Origin: Felis catus
Taxonomy: Eukaryota
Assembly: GCF_018350175.1 (NCBI RefSeq)
Contig: NC_058368.1
Span: 129,272,001-129,336,000, forward strand
Direction of reading: 5' to 3'
Length of the DNA stretch: 64,000 bases
The notes under the pieces are model-generated. The model saw only the letters and a program-made list of their open reading frames with translations, did no database searches and was not told where the DNA came from. Made by a program: the position numbers and the translations under genes. How positions within the stretch are numbered: position 1 is the stretch's first letter; every line of letters starts with the position of its first letter. Below, one piece after another: positions 51,600-63,566 of the stretch.

Positions 51600-52538
51600 A
51601 GAAAAATAGCAAATTCTCTGTGATAATCAAAAGGGAAAATATTTGGACAGGTAATTTTGGGAGCCAGCTATGGATCGCTATGTACAATAATGGAGTTGAG
51701 CAATTAGGTTTGGAAAGCCAAGCACAGAAAATAATTAACCCACAAAGTAATCATCTTGTAAGTCCCAAAGCTAATGATTAAAATAAACCTGAAACAAATG
51801 ATTGTTTAACTTTTAAGCTGTGCTTGTTTTAGCCACAGTGTACTTCAGGTGTGAGCTCCCGGGAATTCTTCCTGCCTGCCGAGATTGGCTTTGGGACAAG
51901 GGCATGTGTCCATTCTCCTGCCTCTCCTTCCCTGGGGAAGGTTGCTTGAGTATCACAAAATACCACTGCAGCGTGGGTGGAGGAGGTTGTCTGGGCTGTT
52001 CAGCCCTGCTCGGCACCAGGGTGCCTCAAGCCCCCGAATTTAGTCTGCAGCTGTGGTGGGCTTCAGCCATATTGAATCCTATATAACCTTGGAGGCTGGG
52101 TTGCAAGCTTCGTCTTTATGCAGCTTGCTTTGCACTTTCATTGGTGGTTTATTATTGCAAAGCATGTTGCTCCCCTCCCCCCACTCTCTTCTCCACCCAA
52201 AGAAGTGAATTAATAACTAGAAAACAAGACAGAAATGAGATCTAGAAGGGCCTGAGCTTCTGAATGTCACTGTGAGCAAACAGCAGTGGAGAGAAAAGGT
52301 TCCTTTCCATCTTTATGTGCAGTGCTGTCTGTGCATTGACTTGTTTCCTGACACATGAGCCATGGCTTGAAAGGAATTCAGGCCCCAGCAAATTTTGCAT
52401 TGCGCTTCAATGTGGCCTCTGGGATTGAATAAGGGCAAATCTATTATACTGTTGCCATGGAGACCCTGGCACAACTGCTGATAAAGAGTGTCTGATGTTT
52501 GGTAGGCCTCGTAGCATGGTACATACCATTTAAAGGAT

Positions 52539-52582
<44 letters not shown>

Positions 52583-55000
52583 GACTGGGGGAGGTGGGGT
52601 GGAAAGCAGGGTGTAGTGGGGAAGGAAGGAAGGAGAGGCTGGTTTGGCATATCATGAAGGAATGTTCTGTGTTTTTACAAAGAATTTGTAAATACTTTCT
52701 TGCCTCTAAAAAATTAATTCTGCCTTCTAAGAATCTACACGTTAAACAGATGGGGGCAGCAGAAGATCCACAGACTTTCCCCTTGGTCTAGCAAAATTAG
52801 TCTTTAATTCCTCTGAAAGAGAATTGAGCTAATACAATAAAAGTGAAAATGCGCTCTTTTGCGTCCTTTGATGAATGCTGCCTCCATTCAGCTGTCTGTC
52901 TGAGGATCAATAGTAGGTTTGTGAGGATCGCCAGCGCTTGCTAAGCGGGCTAGCAAGATGATGGATTTTAATCATTAAAATGATTTTATAAGCACGAAAC
53001 AAAGAAGGCTGACGGCCCTCTCCCGTGCATAATCTCGGTTTTTTGCTGTTATTGATTCTGCCAGCCCTAAATTCCCTTCCTGTCTTGAAGGCAAATCTCA
53101 CCCTCCCCAAATTCCATCCCACACAACCATTTCTGGCTCCAAGTGATCAGTAATGGGCAACTTGAATTTTTTTTTTTTTATTGGTGCCCTTTCCCCATGA
53201 GCCCCAGACCCAGGGAAGGATGGCACATCCAGGCCCAGCCCAGCCTTCTGGCTGGCGAGGTTGGAGGCGAGGCGTCTCAGGCAGAATCACCTACAGTAAG
53301 CAAGCTGTAGAGTGAGCAGCTCTAACAATGGGAGGCCGGGCGATCTGCGACAGTTGATAGGATTATTATTATTACAGAGCGCAAAAAGCTTCTGCTTTCT
53401 TTTCTGCTGCTTTGCAGACCTCATAAGGCCTCTCTGTGATTTCTGCATAGTTAATTTGTCAGTTTATAAATTACCACATTATGTTAACGCTGAATGCTTC
53501 AAAACACAAATATATGCACAGAGGGCTTGAATATTTGAAGTGTTTTAGTACTATGGGGAAATAATTTTGTTGTCAAGCTGTGGCAGATATAGAACTGCTA
53601 GGGGATACATGGCCATTTCATCAGGACTGTGTCGATGATGGCCTGTGAACATCCAAGGGGGAAAATCATCTTTTATCACTATTGTGTACCGTGCTGGTCC
53701 AGATGGAGGATAAAACATGCATGAGTTGCCCGCAGCTCTGAAAATAATTATACTCATTTGCCAGAAATGTAGAAAGTGCATCCAACCAAGTTACCACCCA
53801 TCATAGTGACACTCCGTTTGCATACTGATGAAGTTTAAAGCCAGAGACAATGGCGTTGGTATCAATAGCGAGGGGGGGGGGGCTGGGCACCACCAGTGCC
53901 GTAGGATTAATAGCGCCATCATTTTATATTATGCAGCATTTCACTTATGCTGCATATCAAAAGACTACTGCCTCTGAGGTTCACCTCACTGTTTATAAGA
54001 TTACAGTTTGCTTTAAGACTCCAAACATTAGCATGGATTCTTTTCAGCTTCCACAAATGAATGCAAAAATATCTGTTCGATAAAGTGCCTAGAATGTAAT
54101 TACGGGTAAATATGTTTGGATGCCATTATGAGTGCCTGCATGTGTGTATATGTGTTTGTGAGTGTGGGTGGTGTATACATACCCACATGCACACGCGTGA
54201 TTTTGGAAGACTGCAATGGAATAGAAGATAATATGCGCATGCTAAGTCCTGGTGCTACTGCAGAGTAATTGATGAATGGGTTTTTAAAATGTAGAAAGAG
54301 AATGAATACAAGTAGCACCCAAGAGAATAATTCTTTATATTGCAATCAGCTCAGTTTATATGTACTTGCTTTAATCGTAGAGATCAGCAATAAAAAACAT
54401 AGACTTGGTTATTTAATCCTTACTGAGTAAAAGAGAATGTCTTATAATGACCCTCTAAAATATTACAAAATATTAAATTATTTCGGTATGCCTCTCATTT
54501 TTAGACAACCGTAAAATAATCAGTGCAGCCAATACCAGAAGATTAACAGATTTCTTTACACTTTTGAATCCTGCAAACGTACATGTATGAACTAGGAAGA
54601 GACACTTTTCTCATGGAACTCTGAATTCTCATAGGTGTTTTACGGTTTGAAAATGGCCCAATCATGATGTTGTCATAACGCTTATTTTTAAGTAATGATT
54701 TTAATTAAACCCTCTAAAAAGGAAACAATTCTGTACCTCTCTTATATGGGCTGTACTCTGATGATTACACGCGTGCACTTTCCCATTTTACTCTGGTGTC
54801 ATGGGGGCAAGGATAACAATTTCCATCTCATCACAGGAGAGAGAGACTATACTTTACTCTGCCCAAGACTTCAGTGAAATCAGAGGAAGAATTTTACACT
54901 ATAAAATTACAATAAAATAGCTGAGGAAAAAGCATGGTTTCAACCGAAGTGGACCAAAGACAACAGCGTAATGCAAGATACCACAGAATATTTTTATACA
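51600..55000. promoter_or_regulatory. Candidate cluster of conserved non-coding/enhancer elements
   Basis: No recognisable interspersed repeats; local CpG retention; dense homeodomain-type motifs. Inference from composition only. Confidence 0.45.
52539..52578 (+). repeat. (GT)n microsatellite
   Basis: Read directly. Confidence 0.98.
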
Positions 55001-56113
55001 GCAACAAATAGAGATTTTTTTCCCAGCTAACTGGGGCAGACTGGACCAATAAATTTTTTTTTTACAGGTTTTCCAGTTCTCTTTCCCTCAGAATGGCCTT
55101 TGAAACATGAAGGGAACAGGGCATTCACACAGCTCAACAATGAGTGGTTGAGCGAGAATGAGGCATGTGAGCCTGGACCTGGAAGGACGTGAGTAGGTGG
55201 CAGGATATATTTGTGGTAAATTGAGCACAGAAAGAAGCAGATTTACAGAATGCTGCTTCTCCCTTCCCTCTCCTAGGATAGCACATTGGCTATGATGAGA
55301 ATGCCATTGGGATAATACCATTGTGAGTCCAAAACTTCTGAGAAAAACAGGGGATGCACTTATTTAAAGTTCACTGAGACATTAGTTCAGTCTTCTGGTT
55401 TTCAGAACTGTTGTTACTGATCAGTTTTTACATGTCTGAAGTTCTTCTCATGGTCTCAGGTCTCAAAGGAAACCCAATGAACAAAGAGACAGACAGACAC
55501 ATGCACAAACATGAGACTTTGTCAAGAAGGTACGCATGATAGGAATGGGCATTTAGAGAATGCTTTGCCATGTGGCAGATGTGAATGAGTGAATGAGTAT
55601 ATGTGTGTGTGTGTGTGCATATATACACCTTATTTTAAAGATGTATGTATCTTTACTTGTTATAAAATTCAAACTATCAGTAAATTAGAGTGATTTGGAC
55701 ACAAGTCTGACTCCTAAGGCTGCGCTAATTGTATCCATCAATGTATACCAGGCTTTCAAGTGTCTATCAGAAATACGTAAGGAACTAAGTGCCATGACAT
55801 GGAGCAGGTAATGCCTCTCTGTTGATGAAAGAATGAAGTGTGAAAAAGGAAAAAATATCAATAAATGATCTTGATAATAACAGCAATCAAATATTTGAAT
55901 GCTAATAGCCCTGTCAGCAAAGAAGCAATCAGTATCTTTTGGTGACAACACACTTTGGGGGATAAATAAATCTGGGAATAAATTTCCCTACACACTACAG
56001 GTCAAGATGTGAAGCTCCAAACTGTCTTGTTGAATTCAAACAGTGTCTTCTGTTTCTTTACCCTATTGACAGTCTTCACTGTGTCACAGAAGGTATTAAA
56101 AACAAAAAAGGGG

Positions 56114-56360
56114 GGGGCGCCTGGGTGGCGCAGTCGGTTGAGCGTCCGACTTCAGCCAGGTCACGATCTCGCGGTCCATGAGTTCGAGCCCCGCGTTGGG
56201 CTCTGGGCTGATGGCTCAGAGCCTGGAGCCTGTTTCCGATTCTGTGTCTCCCTCTCTCTCTGCCCCTCCCCCGTTCATGCTCTGTCTCTCTCTGTCCCAA
56301 AAATAAATAAATGTTGAAAAAAAAATTAAAAAAAAAAACAAAAAAAAAAAAAACAAAAAC
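56114..56360 (+). mobile_element. Young Can-SINE (SINEC_Fc-like) with a long A-rich tail
   Basis: GGGGCGCCTGGGTGGCGCAGTCGG head with intact A and B boxes; perfect 16-bp TSD AAAAACAAAAAAGGGG at 56098-56113 and 56361-56376. Confidence 0.97.
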
Positions 56361-56420
56361 AAAAACAAAAAAGGGGCTCTTCCTCTGCCTCTTCCCCTAT
56401 TATTTCTAAACAAATCAGTC

Positions 56421-56640
56421 TTTTTTTTTTTAATGTTTACTTATTTTGAAAGAGAGAGAGAGAGAGAGAGCAAGAACAAGGTGGGAAGGGACAGAGAGAG
56501 AGGGAAAGAGAGAATCCCAAGCAGGCTCTGCACTGTCAGCACAGAGCCTGATGAGGGGCTAGATCTCATGAACTGTGAGATCATGACCTGAGCGGAAATC
56601 AAGGTTGGGTGCTTACCCAACTGAGCCATGCAGGCGCCCC
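56421..56640 (-). mobile_element. Can-SINE (older)
   Basis: Reverse complement head GGGGCGCCTGCATGGCTCAGTTGGGTAAGC; (GA)n and T-tail on the plus strand; diverged TSD-like CTAAACAAATCAGTC / CTGAATAATTCAGTC. Confidence 0.93.
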
Positions 56641-56929
56641 CTGAATAATTCAGTCCTAAACTCAGTCGATACAGAGCAAAGTTGGCATCTACTCCAAAAG
56701 AAGGAGGGAAGCCACAGTAGTCCAGAGTGGGTGGCAGAGCCTGAGTGCACTAAGGCTGGTAGAGAGTAGAAGACTAGCTTGGCATAGGGCATCGGAGCCT
56801 GAGCAAGGTAACGTGTGCTCATGCAGGGAACTGGCCCAGTATTAGGGTTGCAGGCTGTCTGTGCAGAGAGTGGACTAGGTATGTGACAGAGTCCACCTGA
56901 GGAGAGGAAGGTAATGGAAAGAAATTCTG

Positions 56930-57350
56930 CTTGGTTATATACGGGAGTATTGATCAGATAAGTATAAGTATATTAAGGATAATGAGAGCCAAATTATTCT
57001 TTGTTGGAGAAGAGAGTTATAAACATGGAAAGGGAGAAAATGAGAACAAACTTTGTGGTCTTGGTTTGGAACTGGACCTATCAGTGTGATGCATGGTTTT
57101 CAGTATATATAAAGAGATACAGAAATATATATATATAGTCATTAGCTCTGTCTGCTGTGATCACCTGGCAACAGCAACAATCCAATAGTGATGAGCACAC
57201 TTACTGCCCAGATAATCGTTTCTTTCCCCCCCCCCCCAGATCATCGTTTCTAATACCATTCTCCACTAAAAGGCAACAGGACTCCTTGGAGAAATGGCCA
57301 ATTCCAGAGTTAGGGCCTAGAAAATGCAAAATGATGCTGGAGTGTCTTCT
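56930..57350 (+). mobile_element. L1MC-type 3' region fragment
   Basis: TTAAGGATAATGAGAGCC...TATAAACATGGAAAGGGAGAAA...CTCCACTAAAAGG...CTCCTTGGAGAAATGGC. Confidence 0.7.
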
Positions 57351-58621
57351 TTTTCAGGAAAGTCAACTGAGGCACAAAGAGGTTCAGGAACTTGCCCAAG
57401 TCACACATCTAATAAAATTGCTATTGAATTATATGTGGTTGAGACAACTCCAAAAGGGAAAAAATTAACATCTAGAATAGTTCTGCACTCAAATGTCTTT
57501 ACATTCTATCTCCTTCCTTAAAGAAAACACAAAGTGGAAATCAGAGATGATGGATTCTGACTTAGGTATATGCAATAAAAACACGTGGAACTCTAATTGG
57601 GAGATCAAGTTGCAAAGAAAAACTGTCAAATAAAATGTTTTAAGTATCTACATAACATTTTTTAGGGCTTTCCCATTTTGACAAACTTTAGTTTTGTCAA
57701 ACTCCCAGCCCTAATCACCTGGAATAACTTCCATCGCCACTTGGTAACGTCTGTTGCTACATACAACAAAGTCAGTGAGCACACAAGGCAATTTTGGCAG
57801 GCCGTCAATGATGTGGATGGGAACCCAAGAGTTTTCTGAGTTCTGCCACCCCATAGTTGTGAAACCTTGTCAGAATCCTTAACCACTTTGTGTTTGGGTT
57901 TCTCTATTAAGTAAGAGACTTGGACCAGAGAAGAGATTCCAGTGACTTGTCACATGTGTCTGTTTTTCTCACACTGAGGGGGCTGAATAAGCCTTAAGAA
58001 ATGTATCCAGTGGTCACTTTTAGGCTAATATGCCCTGTCACATTGATAGGTTGTGTCCCAGCCAAGATGGCTGATTAGCTAATCAGGTCCTCCAGCTCTT
58101 GAGTGGACCTCAGGCCTGGATGGCTGTCAAATGGCCATATGTAAATGATGAATGAAATGACACGCTGAAGATTACAACTCTGACCCACCAGCCTAGGTTG
58201 TTAAGATAAGTCAGTGTGGGTCTCCTTTCCCACCTCCCACCCTTCTTAGATTAAAATCCTGTCCTGTCCTTTCTCTCTTTCTCTCTTCTCCTCCCCCAAT
58301 TTGGAAAATGTATTAATGCTTTCATCTCACTGAGATGGCTGGGAATACTATGAACGCTATTGTATCTCATAGTCTATTGATTTATAGAGGTTTGTGTTTT
58401 TTGTTTTTGTTTTTTTTTTTTTAGAATTAACTTTTTAAAAATCTGAAACAATTACAGACTTACAGGAAAGTTGCAAGTGCAGTATATAGAACTTTTTTCT
58501 TGAACCATTTGAAATACACAGTATTTCAAACACTGTGAAATACACAGTGTTTGGATGATCAGGCTGGCAATTATATTTTCTAAATCACAAGATTGTTATG
58601 AGGATTAAGTGACTTAATATA

Positions 58622-60111
58622 TGTAGGCCAAATAATGCTTCACCCCTTAATCCAATATAGAAAGGTAGAAAACTAGAAAGAACTTGTGGGGTTGGTTTGG
58701 AAGTGGAAATATCAGTGTGGCTGGTGGTTTTCAATATATTAGATATAGAAATATAGGTGTAACATATGTTCCTTAGCTCTGTCCACTATGGGAAACAAAA
58801 GTGGTAAGTATACTACCAGTGCCAGGATCTTGGTTTCTAATGCCATGCCTCACTGAAAGGACTTTAGGACTCCTTGGAGAAATGGCCGATTCCTGGGTTG
58901 GGTCAGGGAAAGTACAAGAGGAGTTCGAAACATCATGTGCTTCAAAAGCAAGGAAGTGCTCAAAGACTGATGGGGATATATCAAGCCAGTTTGAGGGAGA
59001 TGTCATTGGCAGAATTGATGGCATTGAAGTAACTATATTAATAGATCATAACCCATGAATAAAACTATGCGTCCTTATGGAGACAAAGAAGGAATGAATG
59101 GATTGAAAGTTGGATGAGGGCCAGGGTATTTACCTAGTTTCAAAGTATCTCCTTATAAAATACTTAACTACAAAGGACAAAAAGAGCAGCCTTACAGTGT
59201 AAAAGTCTTTCAGATTCCCCCTTAATCAAGTGATTCAAGTGAATGCCATCAGTAGTGGGACAATTAAAAATCGCAATATCTGATAAAATGCATCCAAAGG
59301 AACACAGCATCACTTTGTCACTTGTATGATACTCCTGAATAAAAGAATGAGGAAACATTGGATAAATTCATAATGAGGAACATTCTACAAAAGAACTGGG
59401 CTGTAATCTTCAAAATTGTCAAGGTCATGAAAGTCAAGAAAATATTACAGACTTATTCCAGATTAAAGACGACTGAAGAGATATGGCAGTTAATTGCAAT
59501 GTATGGTTTAAAACTGGATTCTTCTACTATAAAGGACATTATTGGAACAACTGTCAAAACTTGAATGGGATCTGAGGATTTGGTGGTGGTAACGTACCAA
59601 TGTGAATTTTCTGATTTTGATGGTTACCTTGCGGTTATATAGCAGAATGTCCTTGTTTGTAAGCAATGAATGTCCTAATTCCTGAACTTGTGAGTATGTC
59701 ACCTTACCTGAAAATGAGATTTTGCAGATCTGATTAAGTTAGTAGTTTGAGATGGGAGATCATAAGGAATTATGCAGGTGGAACCTTATAAGGGAAAGAA
59801 GGAAGCAGGAGAGTCACAATCACAGAAGGAGATGTGTCTATTGAAGCAGAGGTTGTAGTGATATGACTCATGGAAGGAGGAATGAGCCAAGAAATGTGGG
59901 CAGCCTCCAGAAGCTAGAAAAAAACAAAGAAAGGATTCTCCCCTAGAGCCTCCAGGAGGAATGCAGCCCTGCTGACACCTGGATTTTAGTCCATTAAGAC
60001 CCATTTTAGAATTACTGTTCTTATTCCACAACAGTGAGAGAATACATCTGTGTTCTTTTAAGCCACTAAATTTGTAACCATTTGTTACAGCAGCAATAGG
60101 GAACTAATACA
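58622..60111 (+). mobile_element. MLT1 (C/D-like) LTR split by an L1MC 3' fragment (about 58651-59664), itself inside a MIR
   Basis: LTR start TGTAGGCCAAATAATGCTTCACCCC; resumes AATGTCCTAATTCCTGAACTTGTGAGTATGTCACCTTAC; ends TTTGTTACAGCAGCAATAGGGAACTAATACA; MIR-like sequence on both flanks. Confidence 0.75.
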
Positions 60112-60284
60112 GTACCTATGGAATACTTGGAACAGTACCTGGCACATAATCAGCATAGTCACTTGTTTCTTTTTGTTGTTGTCATTCAGTCTTTTCAAAG
60201 CATTTGATTTAGTTTTCATAGGATTAAGAACTCTGTTTTTTGTACTCAGGTTTGTTGGTTTACACCATATTTGATACCATCACA

Positions 60285-60778
60285 CATCTATAACCTGTAT
60301 AGGTTGGCGAATAAAGAGAATGGACTCTTTGTTCAGTCTGCTGCCTGGTCTCCACTTGCCCCTCCAGTTATGTCCTGTGGTGGTCTCTGGAGGCTGATCA
60401 AATGGACTGTATCATGGGCTTTCTTGCCTTTGGCTTCCATTGTTATCTACAGATACAGTGGGCAGAAGATCGAGGGGAGGAGGAAGAGCAAAATCAGGGT
60501 GATGTCTCCTCACCTCCTGCCCTGCTGGCCCTTGGCCAGCAGTGGCTGCCTTCTTCTTCTGAAGGCCATTGTTCCTGTTGGATGGGCCCTTCTATGATTG
60601 TTTTGGTCTCTGGTACTTCTTGCTCTTGCTCTTTCAGGACTAGGTTGGTAATGGCTGCCCATTGTTGGTAGCCCAGGTACTTCATCTTCTGTTTTTGACA
60701 ATGCCAATGTAAGTTCATTGAACTTTCCTCAGTCATCCACTTTGTGTGCACCATACTGTGTGTGTCGTGACTGACACA
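60285..60778 (+). mobile_element. ERVL solo LTR (LTR33-like)
   Basis: GGAGGCTGATCAAATGGACTGTATCATGGGCTTTCTTGCCTTTGGCTTC motif; TGACTGACACA end. Confidence 0.55.
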
Positions 60779-60864
60779 GAAAATACCCATATGTTTCCAC
60801 AGCAGAGAACACAAATGCCCAGGAATGCTGTCAGGAAGGTCCTTGAGTGGCTTAGTAGCCATAA

Positions 60865-61477
60865 GTAGTCAGGACTCCATGGGCACACAGAAAGAATGGA
60901 AAGCATTGGTCTAGCTAGGACCCTTGTCAATAGCCTCCAGCCAAGGGCCACCAGGAACACGCATGTAGTAGAACAAGTTGATTTTAGTACTTGTTTCAGT
61001 GAAGGAGAAAGCACATTATGGGACCTATGGTGGCATCTCGGCAAGGAGGTGCTGGAAAGGACTGACAGGATGTTGGGTTGTCTTGGGTGATTTGTGGGAG
61101 GATTTAAGGAAGCAGGGATTTGCTCTGGCTTGGATGCTATGACGAAGCAGGAGTAATTCTATGATTGTGTACTCAATAAATTTTAACTGTAAGGAGGCCA
61201 GAATATACTAAGGATAAAGCTATAATTGGTAAAGTAGCATCAGGCACTCATATTAACTAGGAGTGGTGGGGGCGGGGGATCTTTGGTATTTTGTAGTTTG
61301 AGCATTATTCTTGGTTTTGTCTGTGTTAGATATGATGACAGAGTGATCTTGTTTTAGTCTTGATACACCTTGGTCACAGAATGGCCTTGTCTGATGTTGA
61401 TTTTCTGTGAAATTATTTTTGTTCACTAGGAGAACACCAGGGCCTAGCAATCAGTGCCAGGACAGCTTCTAGCAACA
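60865..61477 (-). mobile_element. ERV1-class LTR (MER90/MER110-like)
   Basis: Minus strand starts TGTTGCTAGAA and contains AACATCAGACAAGGCCATTCTGTGACC...CAAGACTAAAACAAGATCACTC. Confidence 0.5.
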
Positions 61478-61529
61478 TCCATATGGGAATCAGGGAATAC
61501 TTTTCTCTTTCTCACCTTGTGTCATGAAG

Positions 61530-61698
61530 ACTGAAGTCTGATCTGCATTGAATCACCCATGCAGCTTATTAAAATATAGATCTTAGGACTCTGCCCCCAG
61601 ATCTATTGAATTAATGTCTAGGGGTAGGGCTTGGAAGTCTGTATTTCTAATTAGCATGATGCATCATTCTTATGTACACCAGAATCTAAAGCCTACTG
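61530..61698. mobile_element. MER5-like MITE
   Basis: TGCATTGAATCACC...GCTTATTAAAATATAGAT...GGGGTAGGGCTTGGAAGTCTGTATTTCTAA. Confidence 0.65.
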
Positions 61699-63213
61699 GT
61701 CTAAAAGAGAGGTATCACAAACCAAGTTTATAAGCTGAGATTTGTGGTAACAGTTCTCAGTGTGAGACATCAAGAGCCAAACAAAGTGTATGTTTAAATT
61801 TTCATTAGCATCAAGTTCCAGCCCTTTGGAATTACAGGATTTTCACTCAGTGGAACCAGCCTTTGAATTTACAAGGTTATCTGTTCTTATACCTTGTGTG
61901 CCAGTTTTAGAAAAACCTCAACTAAGGAGGTCAACCTGTAAGTGACAGAAGAGAAGGGGCTGATCATCTATTACCATAAATCAATAAAAGGTAGACACCA
62001 GTAGAAAGGCTGCTGCCAGAGAAAAAAATCCAACAACATTGAGGAATTGCTTCCAAAGTCAGTGAGAACATTCACAAGGATAAAGCACAATTCCAGAGGC
62101 AGAGCTTTTCAAGATGCATAACTGAAATCCCATTTAACAAGGCAAACTACAGATCAGAAATGAGATGCCTTAACCGTAAAACGTCTAGTAAAATTACTGC
62201 AAATAGAAACACAAAAATCTTCTTCACAGGAAAATTCTCAAGAAAGAATACAAAGAAAGCAGAAATGAATAAGTTAATTTATTCTAAAACCACAACTAGG
62301 AAGATATTTGGCCTTCTCAAGAGTCAGAGAAGGACTACCAAAGTCTAACTAAGAAAGAGCCTAACGAACTTTCAATCCGATTTTGAGGCATTAGCGAGAT
62401 TTCCCTATTAAGATGACAGGGGCAAGGAGACTTGAGGCTCAGACACGGCCACCAAGTCTAGATCAGAACATTTTATGTTCCCATTGAATTTTCCTGCTCT
62501 TCGGATGTAGAAGAACTGAGCTCACCACAATCAAATAACCCCACCAAAGCTTTCCTAATAGGAAGTTAGGAAATGAGTCTTCTTAGCCTGAATAATGTGT
62601 TTTGTCTTAAAGTCTATTTTGTCTGTAATCTCCACAGGCAGAGAGTCTGCATCTATAGCTCATTACCATTATTCTGATGATAATGTTACGTCTCATCAAT
62701 TACTTGGGAGGAAGGTCAAATTTAGCAGCCAAATCTCCCCTTTGGTGAGACCATCAAGAATATATCTATCACCTCCCTTCCCAAGATCTACATGCCCTGC
62801 AAAAGCATCTATGCCCATATTCTCTTTCCCCTCCCTCCTCCCTCCCTCTCCTCCCTCTCCACCTCCTGTTTCTGTCACAGTATTACCAGTTACAAAATCT
62901 TGCCGGATTTAAGCCCTGATTCATTTATTCCTTTTCACTTTCGTTTCAGAAAGGTCAAGCAAGGATGGTTGAAAAAATCATGGAGACATAAGAAAGGGGA
63001 AGAACCTGCATGTAAGAGAGAAGATACTGTGTGACTTTGTAAATAGATATTGGAAATTAGAGGTAGGTGGTTCTCTTAGAATTTTAGTCCACGTGGAGGA
63101 ACTTTTTGATTGAGACTATGATTATATAAGCCATACCACTGAGATTTATTTTAATTAAAGGAAAGAAAAATTTCTCAGCCAAGCAAACAAAACAAAAAGA
63201 CAAAACAGTGAAT

Positions 63214-63237
63214 ATGTGTGTGTGTGCTCATATATAT

Positions 63238-63282
<45 letters not shown>

Positions 63283-63284
63283 AT
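63214..63284 (+). repeat. (TG)n followed by imperfect (TA)n
   Basis: Read directly. Confidence 0.95.
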
Positions 63285-63528
63285 CTCAAAAATTGTTTCA
63301 CTTTCATAGTAAACTCACCTGGAAAATCTACCTTGATGCATGCATCTTTGACAATTGGCTCAGGCTTTAGATTTTTTTAAAATGAAAGTTCAGCTCAATC
63401 CCACAATTCATTTACTCAACTTTACTTCCTAGAATTTTAAGCAAGAGTTCAACCTCACAAACACAGCTATACTTGGCAAACAAACGTAAAGAGATTAAAA
63501 GGACCTGTTTAATCACTTTTCAGAGCCT

Positions 63529-63566
63529 TTATCAGCACCATGCTCTAACCAACTGAGCCAATCGGC
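63529..63566 (-). pseudogene. Tailless retropseudogene of the 5' half of tRNA-Ile (positions about 2-38)
   Basis: Minus strand GCCGATTGGCTCAGTTGGTTAGAGCATGGTGCTGATAA vs recalled tRNA-Ile(AAT) GCCGGTTAGCTCAGTTGGTTAGAGCGTGGTGCTAATAA (34/38 identical); 14-bp TSD TTCAGAGCCTTTAT (63519-63532) / TTCAGAGCATTTAT (63567-63580). Confidence 0.9.

Noticed and set aside
56009..56629. ORFs containing GAPGWRSRLSVRL and WDRERQSMNGGGAERE
   Set aside because: Can-SINE translations; related peptides recur at other SINE copies (41031-41276, 13840-14078).
63529..63566. Functional tRNA-Ile(GAT) gene
   Set aside because: Only the 5' half is present; there is no T-arm, B-box or 3' acceptor strand.
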